A DNA stretch of 64,000 nucleotides from positions 300,142,001 to 300,206,000 of the forward strand of contig OZ024742.1 of NCBI GenBank assembly GCA_964016885.1, read 5' to 3'. The notes below the pieces were generated by a model. The model saw only the letters and a program-made list of their open reading frames with translations. It searched no databases and was not told the origin of the DNA. The DNA is from Eledone cirrhosa. Its lineage: Eukaryota. Below are positions 48,972 to 63,950 of the stretch, in pieces. Both the position numbers and the translations under genes were made by a program. How positions within the stretch are numbered: the stretch's first letter is position 1; each line of letters starts with the position of its first letter.

Positions 48972-49020
48972 GTATGTATATATATATATATGTGTGTGTA
49001 TGTGTATATATATATATATA
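46900..49020. repeat. (TG/TA)n tracts with a unique island at 47447-48056
   Basis: Direct reading. Confidence 0.9.
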
Positions 49021-50945
49021 TCTATCTATCTAAGGCGGGTAAAATTCCCGAGATCCATGGACGAGTTCTCTCCAGCGGTCTCTGTCCCTCATTATCGCTG
49101 CCATATCCTGCATCTCCAACAGACCAGTGTCTGTCCTTAGGGCATCAACATATGTTAACCTTGGTCTTCCTCTTCTAGTGTGTCCATGTAGGGGCTCCCA
49201 AAGGAGCACTGAGTGCAATGTCAACTCTGGATGTCGGTGAGCATGTCCAGCCAACCTCAGTCTCCTCTGTGTCACTTTTGAGCTGACTTTTGGGATGCTC
49301 CCATACAGCTCTGAGTTTTTCATCCTCAGTGTATACTGATTAATGTTCAGAGCCATCCTCAGCATTCTCGTGTAGCACCCATCCACCATCTGAGTGAGTC
49401 TCTTGGTCAGTGTCCAAGTCTCAGACCCATACAGCAGCACAGACTCCACTACAGCAATGAAGAGGCGGATTTTCAGGTCTCTACGAAGGTCCGACTTCCA
49501 CACCGATCTCAAGCTGTGACACGCCGCCCAGGCCTTGCTCTTCCTCTCAACCACATCATCTTCCGTATTCCCAATCTTTGCTCCCAAATACAGGAAGTCC
49601 TCAACCAATTCCAGCGGCTTCCCGCCTACATTAGTGATCCCCTCTGGCTTCTCAACATTCTCTACCAGATATTTTGTTTTAGTCTTATTCATTCTCAGCC
49701 CCACACTCATCGACACAGTCTCAACCTCCCGCATCAAATCCTCTGCCTCCTTCACTGTATTTGTCACCAAAACTATGTCGTCGGCAAATTCAGCATCCGA
49801 TACCTTTTTCGCCCCAACTCTCCTGCTCTGAGCCGGTGCTACAGTAAAGCCAGAGTCCTGGTGTTTCTCCAGTGCAAGGCGCATACAATAGTCCACTACG
49901 ATGATAAAAAGGTAGGGAGCCAATGTATCTCCCTGGAGCACTCCAGCCAGTATCTCAAAGAACTCTGTCATCCCATCAGGTGTAATGACTTGGGCTTTGG
50001 TGTTGGTGTAGAGCAGTGATATCAGGTCCACTATCCTCTTGGGGATTCCATAAGCCTGTAAGATCTTCATCAGGCAGTAACGGTCCACAGAATCAAAGGC
50101 CTTCCTAAAGTCAATGAAAACCATGACCGCAGGAAGGCACTTTGCTCTAGCTCCCTCTAATATCCTCCTCAGCATCAGGATGTGACTGGTGGTTGATCTA
50201 CCCTCTCTGAAGACGTTCTGGTTGTCCCTGAGCTTCTTCTCCATCTCAGGCTGGATCCTGTTAAGAATCATCCTGTTGAGGGTCTTTGCCACAAGTGACG
50301 TCAGTGAGATCCCCCGGTAGTTGTTGGTGTTAGAGAGATCTCCCTTCTTTGGCACTGGGACGATGTTACTGATCCTCCACTGATTCGGGGCAACTCCTTT
50401 CTCCAGTGCCCCGTTACAGAACCCCAGGATGATATCATCAAAATCACACCTCTTCATCACTTCTGATGCCACTCCATCTTCTCCATGAGCCTTGCCCTCC
50501 TTGATCTTCTTCTTGGCTCTCTGAAGCTCCTCTCTGGTGAAGGGCTCTGTCTCAACATCCAGTTCCTCAAACAGCCGCCTGATCTCCCCAGTGCTCTGGG
50601 CTGTGGAGGGTGGCTCTCCTAGTAGGGTCCTAAAATGGTCTAGCCATTTCCTCTTCCTATCCTCGGGCCCCGTTCCCTGGATCTGACTCGAACACCTTTT
50701 CTTCCTCCCTGTGATCTCGTTGATGATCATCCAGCTCTCCTTACATCCAGATCTGTCAACCGCTCTCTCCACACTTCTGATCTTCTCTATCAGTGCCTCC
50801 TCTCTGACCTCAGTGTAAGCGGTACAGAGCTCTTCCCTCATCACCTCCACAGTCTCCATCCTCTCCTCCGTAGGATCAGCATAGAATTGGTCCCTGGCAG
50901 CTTTCAGGTGTTCTCTGGCCTCTGTTTTGTTCCCGTTCAATTTTT
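49021..50945 (-). mobile_element. 5'-truncated RTE-clade LINE (family D) with an open 636-aa RT ORF
   Basis: ORF 49030-50940: PVPKKGD, NYRGISL, FIDFRKAFDS, GVLQGDTLAP, FADD, LLYGSETW, RLAGH, RGRP; stop followed directly by a short (TAGA) tail and TA. Confidence 0.92.
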
Positions 50946-50962
50946 CCTTATATATGTGTATA

Positions 50963-51019
<57 letters not shown>

Positions 51020-51100
51020 ATGTATATGTATGTATATATATATACTTATATATATATATACATATATATGTGTGTATGTATGTGTGTGTATGTATATGTA

Positions 51101-51138
<38 letters not shown>

Positions 51139-51481
51139 TATTTATATGTGTGTGTGTGTATATGTGTGTATATGTGTATGTGTATGTGTGTTTATGGGTG
51201 CGCGCGAGTGTGTGAGTGAGTGTGTTTTGTGAATGTGTCTGTTGATTTTTGGCATATAGTTGAATAGTTTAAGAGAAATTTGAAGATAATCGTAAGATAT
51301 GCACTCAATATTTTGAATTTGTCTACAGAATTCTCTAAACCTTTGTCACTTAGTAGAACCTTAATGAATTTAGCTTTTAAAGAATCTCCCTTTCCTTTAA
51401 ATCTATCTACCATGACTGACCCCCCACTGATCTTATAGACACCTGTTAGCTTAAGAGAAACTTAATAATAAGGAGTGGCAT

Positions 51482-51750
51482 GCCATCCTGAACCTGTTTA
51501 TAGAATTCTGTCTGCCTTTGTTACTCTAAAAGCAAAAATAAATAAAAATAAACTATAGCGTTGTAGAATTAGCTTTTAATGAATTCCCTTTTCTATCAAC
51601 CAATGAACTACACCCATCCCACTCCACACACTCTCCTACCACTTGTAGAGACCTATAAATACCATACTTATTTTTGGATACCCAGATTCCTGATGATTTC
51701 TAAAGAATGAAACAGTTCTAGTCCTGTAGAATCTCATCTATATTAAAACT
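51482..51750 (+). repeat. Second copy of the non-coding hammerhead unit at 9871-10150
   Basis: High identity by eye, with the same 3' end (ctcatctatattaaaact) before TA. Confidence 0.85.
51684..51734 (+). ncRNA. Type I hammerhead ribozyme
   Basis: agattc-CTGATGA-t ttct aa agaa t-GAAACAG..CTGTA-gaatct; paired substitution relative to the 10085 copy. Confidence 0.82.
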
Positions 51751-51756
51751 TATATG

Positions 51757-51787
<31 letters not shown>

Positions 51788-51970
51788 GTATATATATGTA
51801 TGTATATATATGTATATATATGTATGTATATATATGTATATATATGTATATATATGTATATATATATAATGAAAAATTGAACAGGGACAGAACAGAGAGG
51901 CAGTACGATAAATGTTTATTAAATTCACGCTCAGGAGAGTGATATATATGTATATATATGTATATATATG

Positions 51971-52005
<35 letters not shown>

Positions 52006-52034
52006 ATATATGTATATATATATATGTATGTATA

Positions 52035-52075
<41 letters not shown>

Positions 52076-52110
52076 GTATATATATGTATATATATATACA
52101 TATATATACT

Positions 52111-52156
<46 letters not shown>

Positions 52157-52159
52157 TAT

Positions 52160-55100
52160 GGGCTGGGTGGAGTAGGAATCATGGTAGCAGAAAAGTGGGC
52201 AGATAAGATAATAGACGTAAATAGAGTGAACGACAGAATAATTAAAATAAGACTTGTCCTCAATAGAACTACGGTGACAGTAATATCTGCGTACGCACCC
52301 CAATCCGGACTGCCCGGCACTATAAAAGACAGATTCTATGAGACACTGTTGCTAACTACCTCCCAAATATCTGACAGTGACTACATAATTATTGCAGGCG
52401 ACCTAAATGGTCACGTTGGACAACATTGTGACGGCTACGACGAAATCCATGGAGGCTATGGGTTTGGTACTAGAAATGAGGAAGGCTCCAGAATCCTGGA
52501 ATTCTGTGATGCAAATAACCTAACTATCTGTAACACTAACTTCAAAAAACGTGACAATCACCTGATCACCTATAGATCCGGGGAACACACAAGCCAGGTA
52601 GATTATATCCTTACCAGAAGACGTGACAGAGTGTCTGTTGTAAACACTAAATCCCTCCCCCATGAAGAATGCACCTCCCAACATAGACTGATAATTAGCG
52701 ACCTCATAGTCAGGACGAGACGTACTCGACAGCAGAAGAGGACTATCCTCAGGAGGAAAATATGGAAACTAAAGGACCCCACAGCCAGAAATAAATTTCA
52801 AAGCACATTACTTGATGCTTTCGACAGTAAGGAAGAACATCTAGAATCGGACAATATAGAGGGACAGTGGGAATTTCTGAAAGCAAACCTGCTGTTGGCG
52901 ACAGACGAAGTCTGTGGCTGGAGCAGGCCTGTAGGCAGGAGGAGAGTAACATGGTGGTGGAACAGTAGGGTGGAGGGGTCAATTAAGGCCAAAAAGCAGG
53001 CTTGGAAAGTATGGCGGGATGGGGGAAGTAGAGTAGACTATCAAGTGGCCAGGAGGGAAGCTAGGAGAGAAGTGTACTTAGCAAGAAGGGAAGCTGAGGA
53101 AAGAAAGTTCAAGCATGTTCTACAACGCGATGACCAAAAACGTGAGGTGTTCAGGATTGCCAGGCAATGCGTCAAGGAAAACCGTGATATTGTCGGGGAG
53201 AAGTGTGTACTTAACGATGATGGCATACTTGCCATCACCGACACTGATAAGAAGGTAGCTTGGAAGTGTCACTATGAAAGGCTACTAAATGAGGAGAATA
53301 AATGGGAGAAAGACAGTCTCCCCCATATCGACCCGATAGAGGGACCAGCAGTGTTAGTCGAGGGGAGTATAATAAGTAAGGCAATCAAGGATATGAAGAC
53401 GGGTAAGGCGGCTGGGCCTTCGGAAATAGTTGCTGAGATGCTGAAGGCATCTGGCACGGTGGGACACACCATGGTCACCCGCATAGTTAACCAAGTCGTA
53501 CAGAATGGGGTTGTTCCGAAGGACTGGCATAGCAGCATCATCGTTAACTGTTATAAGGGTAAATGAGACGCCCTAGATAGGAGTAACTATAGAGGCATTA
53601 AATTAATCGACCAGGTCATGAAGGTCACGGAAAAAGTAATAGCGCAACTAATCAGAGAGAGAATTGACCTAGATGAAATGCAGTTCGGGTTTGTGTCAGG
53701 CAAAAGCACCACAGACGCTCTTTTCATAGTACGACAACTACAGGAGAAGTACCTAGCTAAAGGTAAACCCCTCTACTTAGCTTTTGTCGACCTGGAGAAA
53801 GCCTTCGACAGAGTCCCCCGCTCCATTATCTGGTGGGCTCTTAGAAAACTAGGCGTTGATGAATGGCTTGTGAGGGCTATACAAGCCATGTATAAAGAAA
53901 CAGTCAGCAAGGTTAGAATTAACAACGAATATAGTGAAGAGTTTAGCGTAAAAGTTGGCGTCCATCAGGGCTCTGTTCTCAGCCCCCTACTATTTATTAT
54001 TGCCCTTCAGGCTATAACAGAGGAGTTCAAGACAGGCTGCCCATGGGAACTCCTATACGCAGACGACCTGACACTCATAGCGGAATCAATGGCCGAGCTA
54101 GAGAAGAAATTCCAAACATGGAAGCACGGCCTAGAGTCAAAAGGACTTAAAATTAACCTGGCTAAGACCAAAGTTCTAGTTTGTAGGAAAGAAAACAAGG
54201 CGGCGGTCCCTTCTGGGAAATGGTCGTGCTCGGTATGTAGGAAAGGCGTAGGTAGAAACTCCATCTTATGTCCTAAATGCAAAGTATGGGTGCATAAAAG
54301 ATGTAGTGGGATCACAGGTAAGCTAACTAAGAACATAGACTTTACATGTGGCCGGTGTTCTGGTGCAATAAGTAGCAGCAAGTGCCCACAAAATACTAGC
54401 TCTTTCAATTGCGCAGAGGGTTCTATAGAAATAGTGGACAGCTTCCGTTACCTGGGCGATAAAATCAGCAGTGGGGGAGGGTGCTCTGAAAGTACTGTAG
54501 CTAGAGTCAGAACTGGTTGGAAAAAGTTCAGAGAGCTTATACCACTATTAGCTGCTAAAGGGTTCTCCCTAAAAATGAAAGGCAGGTTGTACGATGCCTG
54601 CATACGAACAGCAATGTTGCATGGTAGTGAGACCTGGGCATTGTGTGCAGAGGATATACGCAGACTAGAGAGGAACGAAGCTTGCATGCTCCGCTGGATG
54701 TGTAACAGTAATATACGTGAACGGCAAAGCATAAACGAACTAAGGAAAAAATTAGAGATAAGAGGGATCAGATGTTGTTTACTCGAGAGAAGGCTGCGTT
54801 GGTATGGACACGTGATGCGCATGAAAGTCGATAGCTGTATTACAAAGTGCAGGGCAATAAAGATAGATGGTAACCACGGAATAGGCAGACCTAGAAAAAC
54901 ATGGGATGAGCTGATAAACTCCGACCTCACACACTTACACCTCTCCAAGACAATGTCACTGGACCGACACCTTTGGCGGTACTCAGTAACAGAGAAGACC
55001 CGCCTTGCCAGTAGGCATCTCTAACAAAATACACCCCGTCCCGCCACCACCCCCACCCCATCCACACCACCCCGTTCTATGTAAAGTTATGTTGGTGCCG

Positions 55101-55381
55101 CGCCATCCAGGCCGAAACAAATGAGATCGTGTAGGTGTCACGACAAAAAAACACACAGTCCACGCTGTAATGTGGCCGTGTAGGCAACACGGTAAAAACC
55201 TCCCAGACCCACACTGTAAATGTGGTTGGTGTTAGGAAGGGCATCCAACTGTAGAAAACCTGCCAGACAGTCCTATGCGAGCAAGACAATCACTCTTGCC
55301 TCAAGTGGGACTACCCCCGTCCAAACCCATGCAAGCGTGGAACACGGACGTTAAACGTTGATGATGATGATGATGATGATG

Positions 55382-55383
<2 letters not shown>
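52160..55383 (+). mobile_element. RTE LINE family C, 5'-truncated within APE, single nonsense codon at 53564-53566
   Basis: ORFs 51968-53566 and 53618-55024 are in the same frame; APE and RT motifs; (GAT)n tail. Confidence 0.95.
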
Positions 55384-56305
<922 letters not shown>

Positions 56306-56306
56306 T

Positions 56307-58653
56307 CTAGGAGACAAGTGTACTTCGCAAGAAGGGAAGCAGAGGAAAGAAAGTTCAAGCATGTTCTACAACGTGAGGACCAAAAACGTGAGGTGTTCAG
56401 GATTGCTAGGCAATGTGTCAAGGAAAACAGTGATATTGTCGGGGAGAAGTGTGTACTTAACGATGACGGCATACTTGCCATCACCGACGCCGATAAGAAG
56501 GTAGCTTGGAAGTGTCACTATGAAAGGCTACTAAATGAGGAGAATAAATGGGAGAAAGACAGTCTCCCCCACATCGACCCAATAGAGGGACCAGCAGTGT
56601 TAGTCGAGGGTAGTATAATAAGTAAGGCAATCAAAGATATGAAGACAGGCAAGGCGGCTGGGCCTTCGGAAATAGTTGCCGAGATGCTGAAGGCATCTGG
56701 TACGGTGGGACACACCATGGTCACCCGGATAGTCAACCAAGTCATACAGAATGGGGTTGTTCCGAAGGACTCGCGTAGCAGCATTATCGTTAACTGTTAT
56801 AAGGGTAAAGGAGATGCCCTAGATAGGAGTAACTATAGAGGCATTAAATTAATCGACCAGGTCATGAAGGTCACGGAAAAAGTAATAGCGCAACTAATCA
56901 GAGAGCGAATTGATCTAGATGAAATGCAGTTCGGGTTTGTGTCAGGAAAAAGTACCACAGACGCTCTGTTCATTGTACGACAACTACAGGAGAAGTACCT
57001 AGCTAAAAGTAAACCCCTATACTTAGCTTTCGTCGACTTGGAGAAGGCCTTCGACAGAGTCCCCCATTCCATTATCTGGTGGGCTCTTAGAAAACTAGGT
57101 GTTGATGAATGGCTTGTGAGAGCTATACAAGCCATGTATAAAGAAACAGTCAGCAAGGTTAGAATTAAGAATGAATATAGTGAAGAGTTTAGTGTAAAAG
57201 TTGGTGTTCATCAGGGCTCTGTTCTTAGCCCCCTACTATTTATTATTGCCCTCCAGGCTATAACAGTGGAGTTCAAGACCGGCTGCCCATGGGAACTCCT
57301 ATACGCAGATGATCTAACGCTCATAGCTGAATCAATGGCCGAGCTAGAGAAGAAATTCCAAACATGGAAGCACGGCCTAGAATCAAAAGGCCTTAAAATT
57401 AACCTGGCTAAGACTAAAGTTCTAGTTTGTAAGAAAGAAAATAAGGCGGCGGTCCCCTCCGGGAAGTGGCCATGCGCAGAGTGTAGGAAAGGCGTAGGTA
57501 GAAATTCCATTTTGTGTCCCAAATGCAAAGTTTGGGTGCATAAAAGATGTAGTGGGATCACAGGTAAGCTAACTAAGAACATAGATTTTACATGTGGCCG
57601 GTGTTCTGGGGCAATAAGTAGCAGCAAGTGCCCACAAAATACTAGCTCTTTCAACTGCGCAGAGGGTTATATAGAAATAGTGGACAGCTTCCGTTACCTG
57701 GGTGACAAAATCAGCAGTGGGGGAGGGTGCTCTGAAAGTACAGTAGCTAGAGTCAGAAGTGGGTGGAAAAAGTTCAGAGAGCTTATACCACTATTAGCCG
57801 CTAAAGGGTTCTCCCTAAAAATGAAAGGCAGGCTGTATGATGCCTGCATACGAACAGCAATGTTGCATGGCAGTGAGACCTGGGCATTGTGTGCAGAGGA
57901 TATACGCAGACTAGAGAGAAACGAAGCTTGCATGCTCCGCTGGATGTGTAACAGTAATATACGTGAACGACAAAGCATAAACGAACTAAGGAAAAAATTA
58001 GAAATAAGAGGGATCAGATGTTGTTTACTAGAGAGAAGGCTACGTTGGTATGGTCACGTGATGCGCATGAAGGACGATAGCTGTATAACAAAGTGCAGGG
58101 CAATAAAGATAGACGGTAGCCACGGAATAGGCAGACCCAGAAAAACCTGGGACAAGCTGATAAACTCCGACCTCACACACTTACACCTCACCAAGACAAT
58201 GTCACTGGACCGAGACCTTTGGTGGTACTCAGCAATAGAGAAGACCCGCCTTACCTAAATACAAAGTAAAACCTACTACAGTCAGTAGGCATCTCTAACA
58301 AAATACACCCCCGTCCCACCACCCCCACCCCATCCACACCGCCCCCTTCTATGTAAAGTTATGTTGGTGCCACACCATCCAGGCCGAAACAAATGAAATC
58401 GTGTAGGTGTCACGACAAAAAAAACACACAGTCCACGCTGTAATGTGGCCGTGTAGGCAACACGGTAAAAACCTCCCAGACCCACACTGTAAATGTGGTT
58501 GGTGTTAGGAAGGGCATCCAACTGTAGAAAACCTGCCAGACAGTCCTATGCGAGCAAGACAATCACTCTTGCCTCAAGTGGGAAAACCCCCGTCCAAACC
58601 CATGCAAGCGTGGAACACGGACGTTAAACGTTGATGATGATGATGATGATGAT
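56307..58653 (+). mobile_element. RTE LINE family C, 5'-truncated, open 646-aa RT ORF (56318-58258)
   Basis: RT motifs intact, PHD-like finger, 3' UTR, (GAT)n tail. Confidence 0.95.
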
Positions 58654-58659
58654 ATATGC

Positions 58660-58708
<49 letters not shown>

Positions 58709-58717
58709 CATATATAT

Positions 58718-58750
<33 letters not shown>

Positions 58751-59615
58751 TTTTAACGTCCATATTCCACGCTTGCATGGGTTTGGACGGGAGTTTTCCC
58801 ACTTGAGGCAAGAGTGGTTGTCTTGCTCGCATAGGACTGTCTGGCGGGTTTTCTATGGCTGGATGCCGTTCCTAACACCAACCACGTTTACAGTGTGGAA
58901 CTGGGAGGTTTTTACCGTGTTACCTACACGGCCACATTACAACGTGGACTGTGTGTTTTTTGGTCGTGACACCTACGACCTCATTTGTTTTGGGCTGGAT
59001 GTTGTGGTACCAACATAACTTTACATTGAAAGGGGTGGTGTGGTTGTGGTGGGGGTAGTGGGACGGGGGTGTATTTTGTTAGAGGTGCCTACTGACTGTA
59101 GTAGGTTTCGTTTTGCACTTAGGTAAGGCGTGTCTTCTCTATTACTGTGTAGCGCCAAAGATCTCGGTCCAGTGACAATTGTCTTGGAGAGGTGTAAGTG
59201 TGTGAGGTCGGAATTTATCAAGTCGTCCCAGGTTTTTCTGGGTCTGCCTACTCTGTGGCTACCGTCTATTTTTATTGCCCTGCACTTTTTATACAGCTGT
59301 CGTCTTTCATGCGCATCACGTGACCATACCAACGTAGTCTTCTCTCGAGTAAACAACATCTGATCCCTCTTATTCCTAATTTCTCCCTTAGTTCGTTTAT
59401 ACTTTGCCGTTCACGTATATTACTATTACACATCCAGCAGAGCATGCAAGCTTCGTTCCTCTCCAGTCTGTGTATATCCTCTGCACACAATGCCCAGGTC
59501 TCACTGCCATGTAACATTGCTGTTCGTATGCAGGCATCATACAGCCTGCCTTTCAATTTTATAGAGAACCCTTTAGCAGCCAATAGTGGTATAAGCTCTC
59601 TGAACTTTTCCATTC
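58718..59615 (-). mobile_element. RTE family C 3' fragment, tail to tail with the previous copy
   Basis: (CAT)n at 58718-58750; ORF 59272-59613 matches the family C C-terminus. Confidence 0.93.
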
Positions 59616-59622
59616 CGTTCTG

Positions 59623-59799
59623 TCAACTCGGGTTTTTTTCCGGGGGGAGGAGGGGGGGGTTGTCTGTCGAAAAGGTGCGAAACGTGTTCTCCGCTGTACG
59701 TTGTTTTGAATATTCAAAACAACGTACAGCGGAGGACACGTTTCGCACCTCTCCGACAGACAACCCCCCCCCCCCCCCCCCCGGAAAAAATCCAGTTGA
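59623..59799. repeat. Palindrome of about 175 bp centred on gaatattc
   Basis: tcaact..ttttttccggggg..gttgtctgtcg..gcgaaacgtg.tctccgctgtacgttgttttgaat mirrored on the other arm. Confidence 0.9.
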
Positions 59800-60189
59800 T
59801 GGATGTGAATCCGAAATATATAGGGACAATTAAATCTCTCCCAAGGTAACTCTTCCTCGTGTTGTTATTTTTATTTTTATCCTTTACGCTCTTTGCTTTA
59901 ATCCTCTACACGTTACAGTCTTATACACGCCACGCATCTCAACGTACACCCACTTACATCTCTCTCTCCACCACCGGATCTTGTTACCCGGAGATTTACC
60001 CATCTGCATTGTCGAGGCTTGCAAACGACTTAAAGAAATTTACCTTATATATATATATTTATATATACACATATGCATATATATATATATAGATACACAT
60101 ATGCATATATATATATATATATATACACATATGCATATATATATACATATATAAACATATGCATATATATATATATATATATAAACATA

Positions 60190-61076
<887 letters not shown>

Positions 61077-61107
61077 GCATATATATATATATATATATAT
61101 ATACATA

Positions 61108-61180
<73 letters not shown>

Positions 61181-61375
61181 GCATATATATATATAAAAGT
61201 GCGAAACAGAGCTCTGTCAGCTTTATCTCCCCTGTTTGCTGAAAATTAAAGTGAGACTGTCACTACTCTAAAACAATAGCATAAGGTCTTCGAAATGCTT
61301 TTAATTAAGCATACAGTGTATTGCAAAATACACTATATATACATTCATATATATATCGCTATTTCAGAGCACCAA

Positions 61376-61446
<71 letters not shown>

Positions 61447-61467
61447 ATATATATATATATATATTAT

Positions 61468-61557
<90 letters not shown>

Positions 61558-61666
61558 AATGCAATGAAATATCTATGATCTTCGGCAAATCACTGATGAG
61601 GGACTCATTTTATTACATGTTATCCATGTGCTACCTGCAGTATTTTTCTCTATATTTTATTATATG

Positions 61667-61778
<112 letters not shown>

Positions 61779-61807
61779 TATATATAATATATATATATAT
61801 ATATAAT

Positions 61808-61862
<55 letters not shown>

Positions 61863-61896
61863 TATATATATATAATATATATATATAATATATATA

Positions 61897-62478
61897 TCAT
61901 CATCATCATCATCATCAACGTTTAACGTCCGTGTTCCACGCTTGCATGGGTTTGGACGGGGGTAGTCCCACTTGAGGCAAGAGTGATTGTCTTGCTCGCA
62001 TAGGACTGTCTGGCAGGTTTTCTACAGTTGGATGCCCTTCCTAACACCAACCACATTTACAGTGTGGGTCTGGGAGGTTTTTACCGTGTTGCCTACACGG
62101 CCACATTACAGCGTGGACTGTGTGTTTTTTTGTCGTGACACCTACACGATCTCATTTGTTTCGGCCCGGATGGCGCGGCACCAACATAACTTTACATAGG
62201 ACGGGGTGGTGTGGATGGGGTGGGGGTGGTGGTGGTGGGACGGGGTGTATTTTGTTAGAGATGCCTACTGGCAAGGCGGGTCTTCTCTGTTACTGAGTAC
62301 CGCCAAAGGTCTCGGTCCAGTGACATTGTCTTGGAGAGGTGTAAGTGTGTGAGGTCGGAGTTTATCAGCTCGTCCCAGGTTTTTCTAGGTCTGCCTATTC
62401 CGTGGCTACCGTCTATCTTTATTGCCCTGCACTTTGTTATACAGCTATCGACTTTCATGCGCATCACGTGTCCATACC
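61897..62478 (-). mobile_element. RTE family C 3' fragment
   Basis: ORF 62255-62467 ends TRLASRHL like 53618-55024; (CAT)n tail; TA arrays on both sides. Confidence 0.93.
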
Positions 62479-62514
62479 ATATATATATATATATAATATA
62501 TATATATATATAAT

Positions 62515-62546
<32 letters not shown>

Positions 62547-62680
62547 ATATATATATATATATATAATATATATATTATATATATATAATATATATATATA
62601 TATATAATATATATATTATATATATATAATATATATATATATATATAATATATATATTATATATATATAATATATATATT

Positions 62681-62748
<68 letters not shown>

Positions 62749-62785
62749 TAAAAACAAAGAACAAGTTCCTTATATTAAAAAGTTC

Positions 62786-62920
62786 ATCATTTTACGATCG
62801 TTTCTGGGATGTATATGTGTGTTGGTATGTATATCATGTTTAAGATCTATGTAAAAATATTACAAATTATCAGAGGAAATATACATACCTTCACATATAC
62901 ATGCCGTCCTCAGAAATGAT
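62786..62920 (-). ncRNA. Long-stem-II hammerhead, diverged homolog of 16424-16578
   Basis: atcattt-CTGAGGA-cgg c atgtatatgtg aa ggtatgtatat ... atatacatacc aaca cacatatacat cc ca-GAAAC GATC GTA-aaatgat. Confidence 0.78.
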
Positions 62921-63136
62921 ATGTGTTTATTGAAAATAACAAAGAATTAATACAAAGAGTCTGTTTGGGAACAGGTTTTAAGTTGACCAAGAGTTAGAGG
63001 TCAAGTTAATAGAATAACAGTAGTAGAAATTAAATCTAGGAGTGGAGGAGGAGAAAGATGGGGGTTAAAATGAGGTCAAGTCAAGAAGATAGTGAAGTGT
63101 ACACGAAAATTTGATGTTATTAAAGAATATATATAA

Positions 63137-63370
63137 TATATTAACAAATGGAAACTATATTTATAAAACCATATTTATTTCATTATACATATTTCAAGGA
63201 CACCAAAGCAAATTATGGTGCGCTTTCATCAGATAAAATATACTATATATCAGTTTTATAAACATATATTTTATCTGATGAAAGCGCACCATAATTTGCT
63301 TTAGTGTCCTTGAAATATGTATAATGAAATAAATATGGTTTTATAAATATAGTTTCCATTTGTTAATATA
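63137..63370. repeat. Inverted repeat (arms about 104 bp) related to 43236-43335, containing CTGATGA
   Basis: tatattaacaaatggaaac...tcatcagataaaata mirrored after a roughly 26-nt spacer. Confidence 0.88.
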
Positions 63371-63779
63371 TTGTATTTTTACTCCAAAAATGTGTTGAGT
63401 GCTTTATATCAGTTATAAAAATATTTGCTTGTTGTATCCCAACAAATTAAATATAACTTCTACACACACACACATATATATATATATATAAACAAATAAC
63501 GAAACGAAATTAAATTTCGTTTCGTTTGTAACTCACTTTTGTATGACTGACGCTTAAACAATTAAGTTAAAAATGTACATCTACATATGTATACTGAAAT
63601 ACTAGTATGCATATGAATACACACACGTGTACATATGTAGATGTACCGAGTTTTTCACTGGACACTTTACAGTGAGTGTTCAGCTATTCTGTATGTAAAC
63701 ACACAGACAAACCGGTTTTTAGAGTCATACTGGTTTTCGAGGAAACACCTTTCCTCTATTCTCCAGAAAGCCAGACAGG

Positions 63780-63824
63780 AATATTGGACTAGTTTCGATG
63801 TTGTTACATCTCATCAGCAACATT
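63780..63824 (-). ncRNA. Minimal type I hammerhead ribozyme (inverted copy)
   Basis: Exact reverse complement of 63906-63950. Confidence 0.85.
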
Positions 63825-63905
63825 TACCTATCCTCCGGCCTTTCTAGAGAATCGTAAAAGCACATATCGTTATATGCTTTTTCTAGAAAGGCCGGAGGAT
63901 AGGTA

Positions 63906-63950
63906 AATGTTGCTGATGAGATGTAACAACATCGAAACTAGTCCAATATT
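63906..63950 (+). ncRNA. Minimal type I hammerhead ribozyme, canonical core
   Basis: aatgttg-CTGATGA-gatgt aaca acatc-GAAAC TA GTC-caatatt; GUC triplet; palindromic ACTAGT stem III. Confidence 0.87.

Noticed and set aside
49516-50019. Antisense ORFs overlapping LINE RT genes (also 497-949, 989-1621, 54448-54948)
   Set aside because: Shadow frames of RT coding sequence with no independent motifs.
53564-53566. In-frame TGA as selenocysteine or readthrough
   Set aside because: Sister copies have GGA (Gly) here; it is a simple nonsense mutation.
61201-61225. GAAACAGAGCTCTGTC, resembling a hammerhead 3' half
   Set aside because: The upstream sequence is TA repeat with no CUGANGA; at most a truncated remnant.
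61590-61640. CTGATGA as a hammerhead core
   Set aside because: No downstream GAAA-stem III-UH or stem I partner.
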